A stretch of 48,398 nucleotides of DNA from Candidatus Yanofskybacteria bacterium (GCA_016181145.1 JACOZW010000023.1:1-48398), one strand, 5' to 3'. Positions 9,584-18,011 are shown, numbered from the stretch's first letter. Notes: generated by a model not told the origin, from the sequence alone. A program made the numbers and translations.

Positions 9584-10633
9584 CTATAAGTATCCTTCCC
9601 GATTAGTTGAAACTAGAATTGACTTAAGCTGTTCAACGCCCTCTAAGACAAATCCACAGCCTCTGGCAACGGCTGTCAGTGGATCATCCACTATTTTTAC
9701 AAATAATTTAGTTTCTTCGGCAATCGCCTGATCGAGACCGCGCAACAATGCCCCGCCGCCGGCTAGAAATATATGCCGATTAATAAGATCGGCGATAAGT
9801 TCAGGGGGTGTCTCTTCTACGGTATTTTTAACGGCCAAAACGATACTGCGCACCGACCGCTCAATAGCAGTTCTTATCTCTTCAGAGCTGATGGTTATCT
9901 CTTTTGGAAGTCCGGAGACAAGATCTCTTCCCCTAACCCTGCCCTCTAATTCTTCTTCGAGCGGATAAGCCGTGCCGAGAGTTATTTTAAGCTGTTCCGC
10001 ACTCGCCTCTCCAACGAGAAGATTCTTATCTTCTCTCATAAACCTGACAATATCTTGATTCATTTTATCGCCGGCCACTTTTAGCGAACGTGAGGCAATC
10101 ATACCTCCCATTGATATTACCGCTACCTCAGTTGTACCGCCGCCGATATCAACCATGACATTAGCCACAGCTTCCTGTACGGGTAACCTGGCGCCAATTG
10201 CCGCCGCCATAGGTTCTTCAATCAGATAGACTTCACGGGCGCCTGCATTATATGTTGCATCTTCCACCGCTCTTCTTTCAACTTCCGTCACGCCCGAAGG
10301 CACTCCTACCACCACTCTGGGACGCGGAAGAAATGAAAAGCTTTCCTGGTGAACTTTATCAATAAAATATTTGAGCATTTGCTCAGTGACCTCAAAATCA
10401 GAAACCACACCCGATATCAGGGGCCTGGAAACCATTATATGGCCCGGCGTACGACCAACCATTTTACGGGCTTCATTGCCGATAGCAAGAATTTTTCCAG
10501 TTTTCTTATTTATTGCAACAATTGAGGGCTCATTAATAACAATGCCTTTCCCGCGAACATAAACCAGGGTATTGGCCGTACCCAAGTCGATTCCGATATC
10601 TTTTGACCAGAGCCCGAAAATTCGGTTAAACAT
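9584..10633 (-). CDS. mreB: actin-like rod-shape protein MreB
   Basis: IGIDLGTANTLVY phosphate-1 motif, DIGGGTTEVAV, and LAGGGALLRGL. Confidence 0.95.
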   Translation of the reverse strand: MFNRIFGLWSKDIGIDLGTANTLVYVRGKGIVINEPSIVAINKKTGKILAIGNEARKMVGRTPGHIMVSRPLISGVVSDFEVTEQMLKYFIDKVHQESFSFLPRPRVVVGVPSGVTEVERRAVEDATYNAGAREVYLIEEPMAAAIGARLPVQEAVANVMVDIGGGTTEVAVISMGGMIASRSLKVAGDKMNQDIVRFMREDKNLLVGEASAEQLKITLGTAYPLEEELEGRVRGRDLVSGLPKEITISSEEIRTAIERSVRSIVLAVKNTVEETPPELIADLINRHIFLAGGGALLRGLDQAIAEETKLFVKIVDDPLTAVARGCGFVLEGVEQLKSILVSTNREGYL

Positions 10634-10699
10634 TCTAATAAAAAGCTACTTTAATTGATACTAACATAACAAAAAGAGTATCAACAATCAAAAAACGGC

Positions 10700-11950
10700 T
10701 TAGAGCCGATTTTTGATATCTGACAATGCCACTAATTCGAGCTCTTTTTTATTGCGATGTTTAAGTTCGACACTGTCTTTTTCGAGAGTTTTCTTGCTGA
10801 CCACCAGACGGATTGGGCATCCGATTAGATCGGCATCGGCGAACTTTTCACCCGGAGCTTTGTCTTCACGATCGTCGTATAAAACTTCGACATTATTTTT
10901 GATTAAATCTTCATAAATCTTATTTGCGTAATTCGTAATTCGTAATTCGCTATTCTGTTCATTTAATGTAATTAAATGAACACGGAAAGGAGCGATGTTC
11001 TCCGGCCAAATAATTCCCTTGTCATCACTGGATACTTCTACAACTGTTGCCATAATCCTGCCTAAACCTATCCCGTAAGCACCCATGATCACCGGTTTTT
11101 TATCCCCCCCCTCATCTGTAAAATAGAGCCCTAAAGCTTCAGAATATTTTGTTCCCTGATCAAATATATTGCCGACTTCAATCGATTTCTTTTCTACCAA
11201 ATCTTCTTTCTTCCAACCGAGATGTTTTAATCCCCTTTCATCAAAAACTTCTTTATTGATAGCCTCATTTTTATCTTCATTAACATATATGGTGTCTTCT
11301 CCGACATCGGCCACAACCTGAAATTCATGAGTAAATTTATCTGTAAAAATTCCGCCTGCTGCCAGCGTATACACAGCCTTGAGCCCACAACGATTAAAAA
11401 TTTTTAGATAAGCATTTTTCGCCTTTTCATAATACTCATTAAGGCTTTCCTGGCTGGCATGAAAACTGTAAAGATCTTTCATCATAAATTCCCTTCCCCG
11501 TAAAAGTCCCGACTTGGCTCTTGCTTCATGTCTAAACTTAGTCTGGATCTGATAGGCAGAAAATGGCAGGTCCTTATAGGAGCTTATGTATCTGGCTGAG
11601 ATAGCAGTTAGAACTTCTTCGTGCGACCAACCCATAACAAAACTGGCTTCCTCCTCTCCTAGGCCTTTAGCAAAATACCCGACATCTAAGTTCCATCGTC
11701 CAGTCGGTTCCATATATTTCTTTTCAACTAGCGCTGACATAAATAACTCTTGCCCGCCAATAGCATTAATTTCTTCACGAATAACATTGGCTATCTTACT
11801 AAGAACACGCCATCCTAGCGGCAAGTAAGAATATATTCCGGCTGAATTTTTAAAAACAAAACCGCCCCGAATTAACAGCTGGGCATTTATCGCTGTTTCA
11901 TCCGTCGGCGCTTCTCTTAAGGTTTTAGTAAATAATTGAGAAAATTTCAT
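10700..11950 (-). CDS. proS: prolyl-tRNA synthetase (short form, no editing insertion)
   Basis: FRHEARAKSGLLRGREFMMKDLYSF (motif 2), GAYGIGLGRIMA (motif 3) and a C-terminal anticodon-binding domain. Confidence 0.9.
   Translation of the reverse strand: MKFSQLFTKTLREAPTDETAINAQLLIRGGFVFKNSAGIYSYLPLGWRVLSKIANVIREEINAIGGQELFMSALVEKKYMEPTGRWNLDVGYFAKGLGEEEASFVMGWSHEEVLTAISARYISSYKDLPFSAYQIQTKFRHEARAKSGLLRGREFMMKDLYSFHASQESLNEYYEKAKNAYLKIFNRCGLKAVYTLAAGGIFTDKFTHEFQVVADVGEDTIYVNEDKNEAINKEVFDERGLKHLGWKKEDLVEKKSIEVGNIFDQGTKYSEALGLYFTDEGGDKKPVIMGAYGIGLGRIMATVVEVSSDDKGIIWPENIAPFRVHLITLNEQNSELRITNYANKIYEDLIKNNVEVLYDDREDKAPGEKFADADLIGCPIRLVVSKKTLEKDSVELKHRNKKELELVALSDIKNRL
10928..10948. repeat. (GTAATTC)x3 heptamer microsatellite inside proS
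   Basis: Three perfect tandem heptamers, 21 nt and in frame, encoding ELRITNY. Confidence 0.9.
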
Positions 11951-11977
11951 ATCTAAGGATTTAGAAATTTAAGTTTT

Positions 11978-13069
11978 TCACACCGTGAAAAACTTCGTTA
12001 TATCCTTAATTGTTACATAAATCATCAAACCGACCAAGAGAGCGAAACCGATTCCGTTGACTGCCGCCTCTATTTTTTTATCCAATGGCCTGCCCCTTAA
12101 TTTCTCGGCAACAATAAAAACCGCTCTTCCGCCATCCAGTGCCGGGAAAGGAAGAATATTCAAGACAGCCAGATTGATCGATATAAGGGCCACAAATTGC
12201 ATTAGGTAGCTGAAACCGACCCTGGCCGCCTGTCCGGTAATACCGGCGATACCGATAGGACCGGATACCTCACCAATCAGCCTGCCATCGATAAAAAGAG
12301 TTTTAATCAGTGAATAATATCCATACATAGTGTTATAAGTCAGTATTGCCGTATCATTGACTCCTCGCCAAATTGCCTCATACCAAGGATAGGAAACAAC
12401 TCCGGTAAGCGCCATGACTATGCCAATACTGCCTTCACCAGGCGGAGGGTTAAGTCTTGTTTCTACCTCTTTAGTGACCAGGCCATTGCCATGCCTTAAA
12501 ATCACGCCCAGCTTCTCGCCAACATGTTCTGAAGTAAATTTCTGCACTTCTTCGGTAGTAGTAACATACTGGATAGCACCGCCGGCCGACTGAAGCCCCA
12601 CTATTTCGTCGAGTATCTGCAGCCCGGCACGCTCGGCCGGACTTTCGGGAGCCACTTGAAGAATCTGGACTTTTTTGTCGCGAGCAGTAGCAATCATCTC
12701 TTCATCAAACAAACCTATTCTTAAGCCGAAAAAATTACCCGAAACCAGGAGCAACACCGCAAAAATGAGATTCATCACTACTCCTGCGACAACTACTTTG
12801 AGTCTGGCAGAAATTGATTTTGAACCAAAACTCCCCAGCTTATCAAGCTGGCCGCCATCTTCGCCGAGTATTCTAACGAACCCTCCAAAAGGTATCCAGT
12901 TTATGGAATAGATGGTTTCCCCCTTTTTTATGCCAAATAGGCGCGGTGGAAATCCAAATCCGAACTCCTCGACTTTCATCCCGGCACGGCGCGCCATAAC
13001 AAAATGCCCCCATTCATGAACGAGAACCAAAACTCCTATAACAGCAATAAAAATTAAACCGGTAATCAA
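11978..13069 (-). CDS. rseP: site-2 (M50) intramembrane zinc metalloprotease, RseP-like
   Basis: HEWGHF (HExxH) in TM1, a central PDZ-like segment, and NILPFPALDGG (the LDG motif). Confidence 0.85.
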   Translation of the reverse strand: MITGLIFIAVIGVLVLVHEWGHFVMARRAGMKVEEFGFGFPPRLFGIKKGETIYSINWIPFGGFVRILGEDGGQLDKLGSFGSKSISARLKVVVAGVVMNLIFAVLLLVSGNFFGLRIGLFDEEMIATARDKKVQILQVAPESPAERAGLQILDEIVGLQSAGGAIQYVTTTEEVQKFTSEHVGEKLGVILRHGNGLVTKEVETRLNPPPGEGSIGIVMALTGVVSYPWYEAIWRGVNDTAILTYNTMYGYYSLIKTLFIDGRLIGEVSGPIGIAGITGQAARVGFSYLMQFVALISINLAVLNILPFPALDGGRAVFIVAEKLRGRPLDKKIEAAVNGIGFALLVGLMIYVTIKDITKFFTV

Positions 13070-13099
13070 TTGAGTTTATAAAGTTCCGAGTTAATAAAG

Positions 13100-13444
13100 T
13101 TATAAAGTTTTTATTAATCCGGAAATTAATTTAGATATTTCGGAACATAGGAATTGAATATTATTAAAGTCTTTGTCATCGATATAGCCTAACTTAACCG
13201 CTAAGTAAGACATTGATCTTACTTCACCACAAGAACCTTTTGCAATAAATAAGAAATGCTTGAATTCATTATTACTCTTTCTTTCAAAGCCTTCAGCAAT
13301 ATTGTTACCTATACTAACTGAGGCTCTTTGTATTTGATCTCTAAAACCAAAGTCTTTATTGGATTTGAATAATTTATATATTAATAATGTAAGCTCTCCT
13401 GATTTTTGCCACGATATAATTTCCTCAAAACTATTTATTTTCAT
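13100..13444 (-). CDS. four-helix-bundle protein (23S rRNA intervening-sequence protein family)
   Basis: 114 aa with WQKS...L...IY, QIQRASVSIGNNIAEGFER and GSCGEVRS, the characteristic pattern of this family. Confidence 0.8.
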   Translation of the reverse strand: MKINSFEEIISWQKSGELTLLIYKLFKSNKDFGFRDQIQRASVSIGNNIAEGFERKSNNEFKHFLFIAKGSCGEVRSMSYLAVKLGYIDDKDFNNIQFLCSEISKLISGLIKTL

Positions 13445-13483
13445 TTTAACTTTATAAACTTTAAAAACTTGATGAACTTTTAA

Positions 13484-14074
13484 CTAGAGCATCAGTTCCT
13501 GTTCTTTCTTTTTAATCAACTCATCAAATTTTTTATTTGAATCGTCCATTATTTTCTGTAAGTCATCTTTGGCTTTGCGCATATCATCTTCTCTGGCCGT
13601 TTTGGCCCGAACCTCCGCCTGAACTTTCTTAATAATATCCTCTCTTATCTGCCTGGTTTTGATCCGGGCTTCTTCAACTTTATTGTGCAACAGGCGGATA
13701 AATTCCCTGCGCCTTTCTTCGCTAAGAGGGGGAAGGTTTATGCGAATACCCATATTATCAGATACCGGACTCAAGCCATGAGCGCTGTCTCTTATACCCT
13801 TTTCTATGAAAGGAATGGCGGATTTATCCCATGGCTGTATCATTAAGGACCTTGGCTCAGGTGCTGTAATAGTGGCTAATTCCTTTATCTTCACCCTGGA
13901 ACCCATGTAATCTATCTGAATATCTTCAACCAAGGATGAATGGGCTCTACCTGTTCTTATAGAAGCAACATCGCCTCTTGCCCGCTCAAAAGCGGCATCG
14001 AAATCACCTTTCCGCTGATTGATTAAGTCTTTGTACATCTTATCCATAATATAATATCTAGAAAACAAATTCAA
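13484..14074 (-). CDS. frr: ribosome recycling factor
   Basis: RTGRAHSSLVEDIQIDYMGS...LATITAPEPRSLMIQPWD pattern. The true start is probably the Met at 14047. Confidence 0.9.
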   Translation of the reverse strand: MNLFSRYYIMDKMYKDLINQRKGDFDAAFERARGDVASIRTGRAHSSLVEDIQIDYMGSRVKIKELATITAPEPRSLMIQPWDKSAIPFIEKGIRDSAHGLSPVSDNMGIRINLPPLSEERRREFIRLLHNKVEEARIKTRQIREDIIKKVQAEVRAKTAREDDMRKAKDDLQKIMDDSNKKFDELIKKKEQELML

Positions 14075-14144
14075 TTGAAAAAGCGTGTGGAATTTTAATT
14101 GCTCAGATTTCTAAAATAGATACTTATTTGGTAATATAAAGGCA

Positions 14145-15014
14145 ATGACTATTTACGGTCTTGGAATTATAGCAGCTTTCGGAGCGTTAATTTTTTGGGG
14201 AGTTGGGGATTTTCTGATTCAAAGATCTGTTCGTCGACTTGGCGACTGGGAACCTCTTTTTATCATCTCTCTCTTCGGCTCAATAATTATAACTCCTTTT
14301 GTATGGCATGATCTCCAGATTATTACTACTTCTGGTAATTTTATCCTATTAATCACAGTCGCGGTAACTTTTCTATGCGCCTCGCTTCTTGAATTTCAAG
14401 GATATAAAATCGGTAAGTTGGCGGTTATAGAGCCAATCCAAGTACTAGAAATACCAATTAGCGCCTTCCTAGCTTTTTTCTTATTATATGAGAGGCCAAC
14501 AAGTATGGTAATTCTACTTGTTCTAATCCTAATATTCGGCCTTGTTCTGATATCAGTCAAACGTCATCATTTTTTAAAAAAGTCTTGGCTGGAAAAAGGG
14601 ATCATATTTGCTATTGCTGCGTCATTTTTCATGGGTATTACTAACTTCCTAGTCGCTTATTCTTCTCGACTCACAAACCCGCTTATCGCAATTTGGTTTT
14701 TCAATATTTTTATTACATTGACCACCTTTATCTATCTCACTGCAATGGGTAAGATTCATAACTTATTTAAAGATTTTACCTCTAATCCAAAACTGATGAC
14801 CGCGGTCTGCGTTTTTGATAATTTAGCTTGGATCTCATTTGCATTTGCCTCAAGCGTAGTGCCGGTTATAACTGCACTTGCTATATCCGAAAGCTATATT
14901 GTATTAGCATCAATCCTAGGAATTTTCTACAACAATGAACGTCTTGCGCGCTATCAAATCGCAGGTCTTTTTATTGTCATTCCTAATGCTATAATTTTAG
15001 CAATCATAGCTTGA
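14145..15014 (+). CDS. EamA/DMT-family transporter
   Basis: 289 aa with about 10 hydrophobic segments in two similar halves, typical of drug/metabolite transporters. Confidence 0.7.
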   Translation: MTIYGLGIIAAFGALIFWGVGDFLIQRSVRRLGDWEPLFIISLFGSIIITPFVWHDLQIITTSGNFILLITVAVTFLCASLLEFQGYKIGKLAVIEPIQVLEIPISAFLAFFLLYERPTSMVILLVLILIFGLVLISVKRHHFLKKSWLEKGIIFAIAASFFMGITNFLVAYSSRLTNPLIAIWFFNIFITLTTFIYLTAMGKIHNLFKDFTSNPKLMTAVCVFDNLAWISFAFASSVVPVITALAISESYIVLASILGIFYNNERLARYQIAGLFIVIPNAIILAIIA

Positions 15015-15031
15015 TACTGTAGCCACAAAGC

Positions 15032-15060
15032 TTGACATATTATGGTTTATGGCTTATCAT
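15032..15060 (+). promoter_or_regulatory. sigma70-type promoter of ligase sub-operon 1
   Basis: TTGACA (15032-15037), 17-nt spacer, TATCAT (15055-15060). The ATG of the small ORF lies only 10 nt after the -10 box. Confidence 0.5.
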
Positions 15061-15069
15061 TGAGAAAAC

Positions 15070-15141
15070 ATGAATTTAAGACTTATAAATACAAATTGGC
15101 ATTATCACTCAACATTCTCTCGTGAAAGAGGGTTGAGTTAA
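15070..15141 (+). CDS. 23-codon aromatic-rich small ORF (MNLRLINTNWHYHSTFSRERGLS): leader peptide or precursor peptide
   Basis: Not in the ORF track. It is paralogous to the small ORF at 17052-17126, with synonymous differences at conserved residues. It would be near-leaderless and no SD is present. Confidence 0.4.
   Translation: MNLRLINTNWHYHSTFSRERGLS
15108..15137 (+). promoter_or_regulatory. hairpin 1 of a putative attenuator
   Basis: CTCAAC-a-TTCTCT [CGTGAA] AGAGGG-TTGAG. It starts at the last aromatic codon of the small ORF and ends 1 nt before its stop codon. Confidence 0.4.
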
Positions 15142-15173
15142 TGTCTCTATTTTCCAATTTTTGACATAAATTT

Positions 15174-15200
15174 AGCCCCCTCTCACGAGGGGGCTTCTTG
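15174..15200 (+). terminator. terminator-like hairpin upstream of ligase 1
   Basis: AGCCCCCTC-TCAC-GAGGGGGCT (9 bp) followed by TCTTGTTG. Its 5' arm CCCTCT can alternatively pair with AGAGGG of hairpin 1. Confidence 0.5.
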
Positions 15201-15239
15201 TTGCTCAAGAGGCTTAGTTCTTTTAACAGGGAGGTGTAG

Positions 15240-16157
15240 GTGGAAAGATTAGTTCGTTATTTCACGGAAGGGATAGAAAATCGACCCATTGCCAATACTA
15301 TAGGAGTAGAGGTTGAAACTTCGTTTATGATGGAACATGAGAATGGCAGTCCAATTACTGTCGCTCAATCTCAACTATTGATAGAAAGATTCCGTAGAGT
15401 TAAAGATTGGCGAATAACTAAAACGAAAGGAAATCTGATAGCAGAAATATCAGACGGCGCAAATAAACTATCTTACGAATTGGGTCGACAGAATCTCGAG
15501 CTTTCAATAGCGCCTGATACAAATAGTGCGGTGGCTGTTTCAAGGGCGATGAAACTTGCGGATGAACTAGGATCTGTTGCAAGTTATGTCTCCGATCCAG
15601 ATGCCCGCTTTTTATGGGAGGTGAGCGAACCGATAATTCATACTAATGAGGATCTACTTATGATTCCGGATGAACGAGATGCAACATGGCTTGAGCTTGA
15701 TGGCCGCCCCGCGCTAGAACTTCTTGCAAGGACATCGGCAGTTCAATTCACTATTTCCGTATCGCTGAAAGATGCAATCGAGTGTTTAAACAGATTAGGA
15801 GAAAAGATAGGATCGTTTCTAAAGGATTATCCACAAGAAGAAAATTGGCGGAGGTATATCAAAGAATCAAAAGCCGACTATCACGCGATGCGATATGGCG
15901 GCCCATTATTTTTCGATAGTATTGAAGATTATTGTAAAAAATTAATTAAGCACAATGTCGTCGTAGGCCCAGAACTCGTTCCCTATAATCAAGTGCGCGA
16001 TCTAGATATCCCTCTTTATCTGCGTTCTATCTGGTGGTATTTTCGCCTAAGACGCTACGAAAACACACTTTGCATAGAGGTTAGACCGTTGCCACGGCGC
16101 GATAGTAGAAAATTCAAAGAGCAATTTGATTTTGTAATGAATATCATGCAAAGCTAG
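15240..16157 (+). CDS. glutamate-cysteine-ligase family 2-like carboxylate-amine ligase, paralog 1 (divergent metal motif)
   Basis: GTG start 5 nt after GGGAGG. Motifs IGVEVETSF, ELGRQNLELSIAP and LCIEVRPLP are in family order. TSAVQFTIS replaces the GxHxH motif. Confidence 0.65.
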   Translation: MERLVRYFTEGIENRPIANTIGVEVETSFMMEHENGSPITVAQSQLLIERFRRVKDWRITKTKGNLIAEISDGANKLSYELGRQNLELSIAPDTNSAVAVSRAMKLADELGSVASYVSDPDARFLWEVSEPIIHTNEDLLMIPDERDATWLELDGRPALELLARTSAVQFTISVSLKDAIECLNRLGEKIGSFLKDYPQEENWRRYIKESKADYHAMRYGGPLFFDSIEDYCKKLIKHNVVVGPELVPYNQVRDLDIPLYLRSIWWYFRLRRYENTLCIEVRPLPRRDSRKFKEQFDFVMNIMQS

Positions 16158-16167
16158 AACACGCCAC

Positions 16168-16194
16168 GGGGAGATTCCCTTCTCCCCTCTTTTC
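16168..16194 (+). terminator. terminator/partial terminator between ligase 1 and the amidotransferase gene
   Basis: GGGGAGA-TTCCCT-TCTCCCC followed by TCTTTT. Confidence 0.55.
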
Positions 16195-16245
16195 TAAAGT
16201 AATTTTAATGTATAAGATTACTTTAGAGAGGTTTAATAATCACAT

Positions 16246-17016
16246 ATGAAAAACAAAAACATAAAAATCCTTTTTCTCGATATCTTCACTGACAACGAAA
16301 AGTTCAGAAAAGAGCTTGAGAAAAAAGTTTATAACGGACGAAGTTTATCTGAGCATGTCAGAAAAGTTTTTGGATTGGATAAAAACCAATGGCTAACCCT
16401 AGATGCCTCTAAAGATATTTTTCCCGATAAATTTCTTAATGTTGATGCAGTAGTAATAAGCGGTTCATCTAAAGATCCGGTAAAGGGACAGGAGAAGAAA
16501 TGGATGCGCGATACTTATAAATTTATAAGAAAAGCGATTAAAAAAGATCTTCCTATTCTTGGTATTTGCGGAGGGTTGCAGTTTACAGTTAGGGCTTTAG
16601 GCGGAGAAATAATTTATAATCCTAACGGCAAAGAATTCGGGGCTATAACGGTAACTATCAAAAAATCTGACCCCCTATTCAATGGCTTGAAGAAAAATTT
16701 TATCATCCCATCAAATCACCAATGTATGGTCGGTAAATTTAATTCCAGCGCTAAGCTGTTGGCCAGCTCTAAAATGTGCTCGGTTCAAGCTCTAGCAATC
16801 GGCGACAAAATAAGATTAGTCCAATTCCACCCCGAAAGAACTAAAGAGCAGAATATGATTTTAGCAAAAATGTCTAAAGAGAATTTGGTCAGAGATGGAA
16901 TTATAAAAAACGAAAAAGAATATCCGAAATTTTTAGAATCCCTAAAAACCGATATGGGCGCCGGCAAAGTAATAATCAAAAATTTTCTGGATAACTTTGT
17001 TTACAAAATGAATTGA
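16246..17016 (+). CDS. class-I glutamine amidotransferase-like / gamma-glutamyl hydrolase-like protein
   Basis: Nucleophile elbow PILGICGGLQF and the His-Glu pair in VQFHPE. Confidence 0.8.
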   Translation: MKNKNIKILFLDIFTDNEKFRKELEKKVYNGRSLSEHVRKVFGLDKNQWLTLDASKDIFPDKFLNVDAVVISGSSKDPVKGQEKKWMRDTYKFIRKAIKKDLPILGICGGLQFTVRALGGEIIYNPNGKEFGAITVTIKKSDPLFNGLKKNFIIPSNHQCMVGKFNSSAKLLASSKMCSVQALAIGDKIRLVQFHPERTKEQNMILAKMSKENLVRDGIIKNEKEYPKFLESLKTDMGAGKVIIKNFLDNFVYKMN

Positions 17017-17041
17017 CTCATAAATTCAAAGGTGCTATAAT
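17013..17041 (+). promoter_or_regulatory. sigma70-type promoter of ligase sub-operon 2
   Basis: TTGACT (17013-17018, overlapping the preceding TGA stop), 17-nt spacer, TATAAT (17036-17041) with TGc upstream. An ATG follows 11 nt later. Confidence 0.55.
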
Positions 17042-17051
17042 TCACATAACA

Positions 17052-17126
17052 ATGAATAATTTATACAAAAACACTAATTTTTATTGGTTTACATATAACC
17101 TCTCTCGGGGAAGGTGTTTTTGTTAG
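17052..17126 (+). CDS. 24-codon aromatic-rich small ORF (MNNLYKNTNFYWFTYNLSRGRCFC): paralog of 15070-15141
   Basis: Not in the ORF track. It shares MN, NTN at codons 7-9, an aromatic block at codons 10-15 and SRxR with the first small ORF. It has the same promoter-to-ATG geometry. Confidence 0.4.
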   Translation: MNNLYKNTNFYWFTYNLSRGRCFC

Positions 17127-17152
17127 GCTAAACTCTCAGTAGCTAGCGACAT

Positions 17153-17180
17153 AAAAACCTCTTCCTCGGAAGAGGTTTTT
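17153..17180 (+). terminator. terminator-like hairpin upstream of ligase 2
   Basis: AAAAACCTCTTCC-TC-GGAAGAGGTTTTT, a 13-bp stem with a T5 tail abutting ATG 17181. Confidence 0.5.
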
Positions 17181-18011
17181 ATGTCTTCCGAACAGCTCTT
17201 TAACAAAAGGAGGGACGAGATGAAACCAGAAAATGAACTGAATTTATTTCTCGATAAAATCGTATTCAGGCCGGAAATGACCGGTTCAATAGGTATTGAA
17301 AGAGAACATTTTCTTGAAATCCATGCCGAAATTAATGATTGTCTGCCTTCTTTGTGTGTTCCTTACGCCGGATGGTTTTTAAGAAACATAAACGACGACA
17401 GGTGGACTTATGAATTATCGGCCTGCCAAGTTGAGTCAAGAACCAATCCCCAGATAGATCTTTCTGCTCTTAAGCTAGAACTCTATGAGAATCTGAATCT
17501 AAGTAATGCGACTGCGCAAAAAATGGGTATTTATCTGGTTAACCATGAAGTAGCAGATAGATTTATGCCGCTTGATGTCTATCCCGACCCGAGATATCTC
17601 GAAATCGTAAAGCGCATTTCCGAGGAAGAGCTGCGTGCAGCTTGTAGGGTAGCCGGAACCCATATTCACATCGGGGCCAGAGACATAAACCATGCAATTG
17701 CCATTAACAATTTACTTGCTCCGCGCATCGATGCTTTGTGCAGAATCAGCGACCACTCAAATGGAGAACGGCTCCATCTTTATAAAACAATGGCTAAAAA
17801 TTGGCAGCCGACCACATATGAAAGTCCGGAACATCTATTCGAGGTCGCAAAAACCGAAGGCTTTATCGATAATCCGAGAAACTGTTGGAAACTTATCAGA
17901 GTAAGCATTCACGGAACTATTGAATTAAGAATGTTTGGCGCGACCAATAGTATTGATGAAATATTGGAATGGGTTTCGTTTGTGAAATATCTCATCAAGG
18001 AGGCAATGTAA
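17181..18011 (+). CDS. glutamate-cysteine-ligase family 2-like carboxylate-amine ligase, paralog 2
   Basis: IGIEREHFL, ELSACQVESRTNP, AGTHIHIG and GTIELRMFG. The better start is probably ATG 17220, 5 nt after AAGGAGGG. Confidence 0.75.
   Translation: MSSEQLFNKRRDEMKPENELNLFLDKIVFRPEMTGSIGIEREHFLEIHAEINDCLPSLCVPYAGWFLRNINDDRWTYELSACQVESRTNPQIDLSALKLELYENLNLSNATAQKMGIYLVNHEVADRFMPLDVYPDPRYLEIVKRISEEELRAACRVAGTHIHIGARDINHAIAINNLLAPRIDALCRISDHSNGERLHLYKTMAKNWQPTTYESPEHLFEVAKTEGFIDNPRNCWKLIRVSIHGTIELRMFGATNSIDEILEWVSFVKYLIKEAM

Noticed and set aside
17969-18010. An upstream extension of ligase 3 (track start 17969).
   Set aside because: It would overlap the end of ligase 2 by 43 nt. ATG 18011 has AAGGAGG 7 nt upstream and a TAATG coupling overlap.
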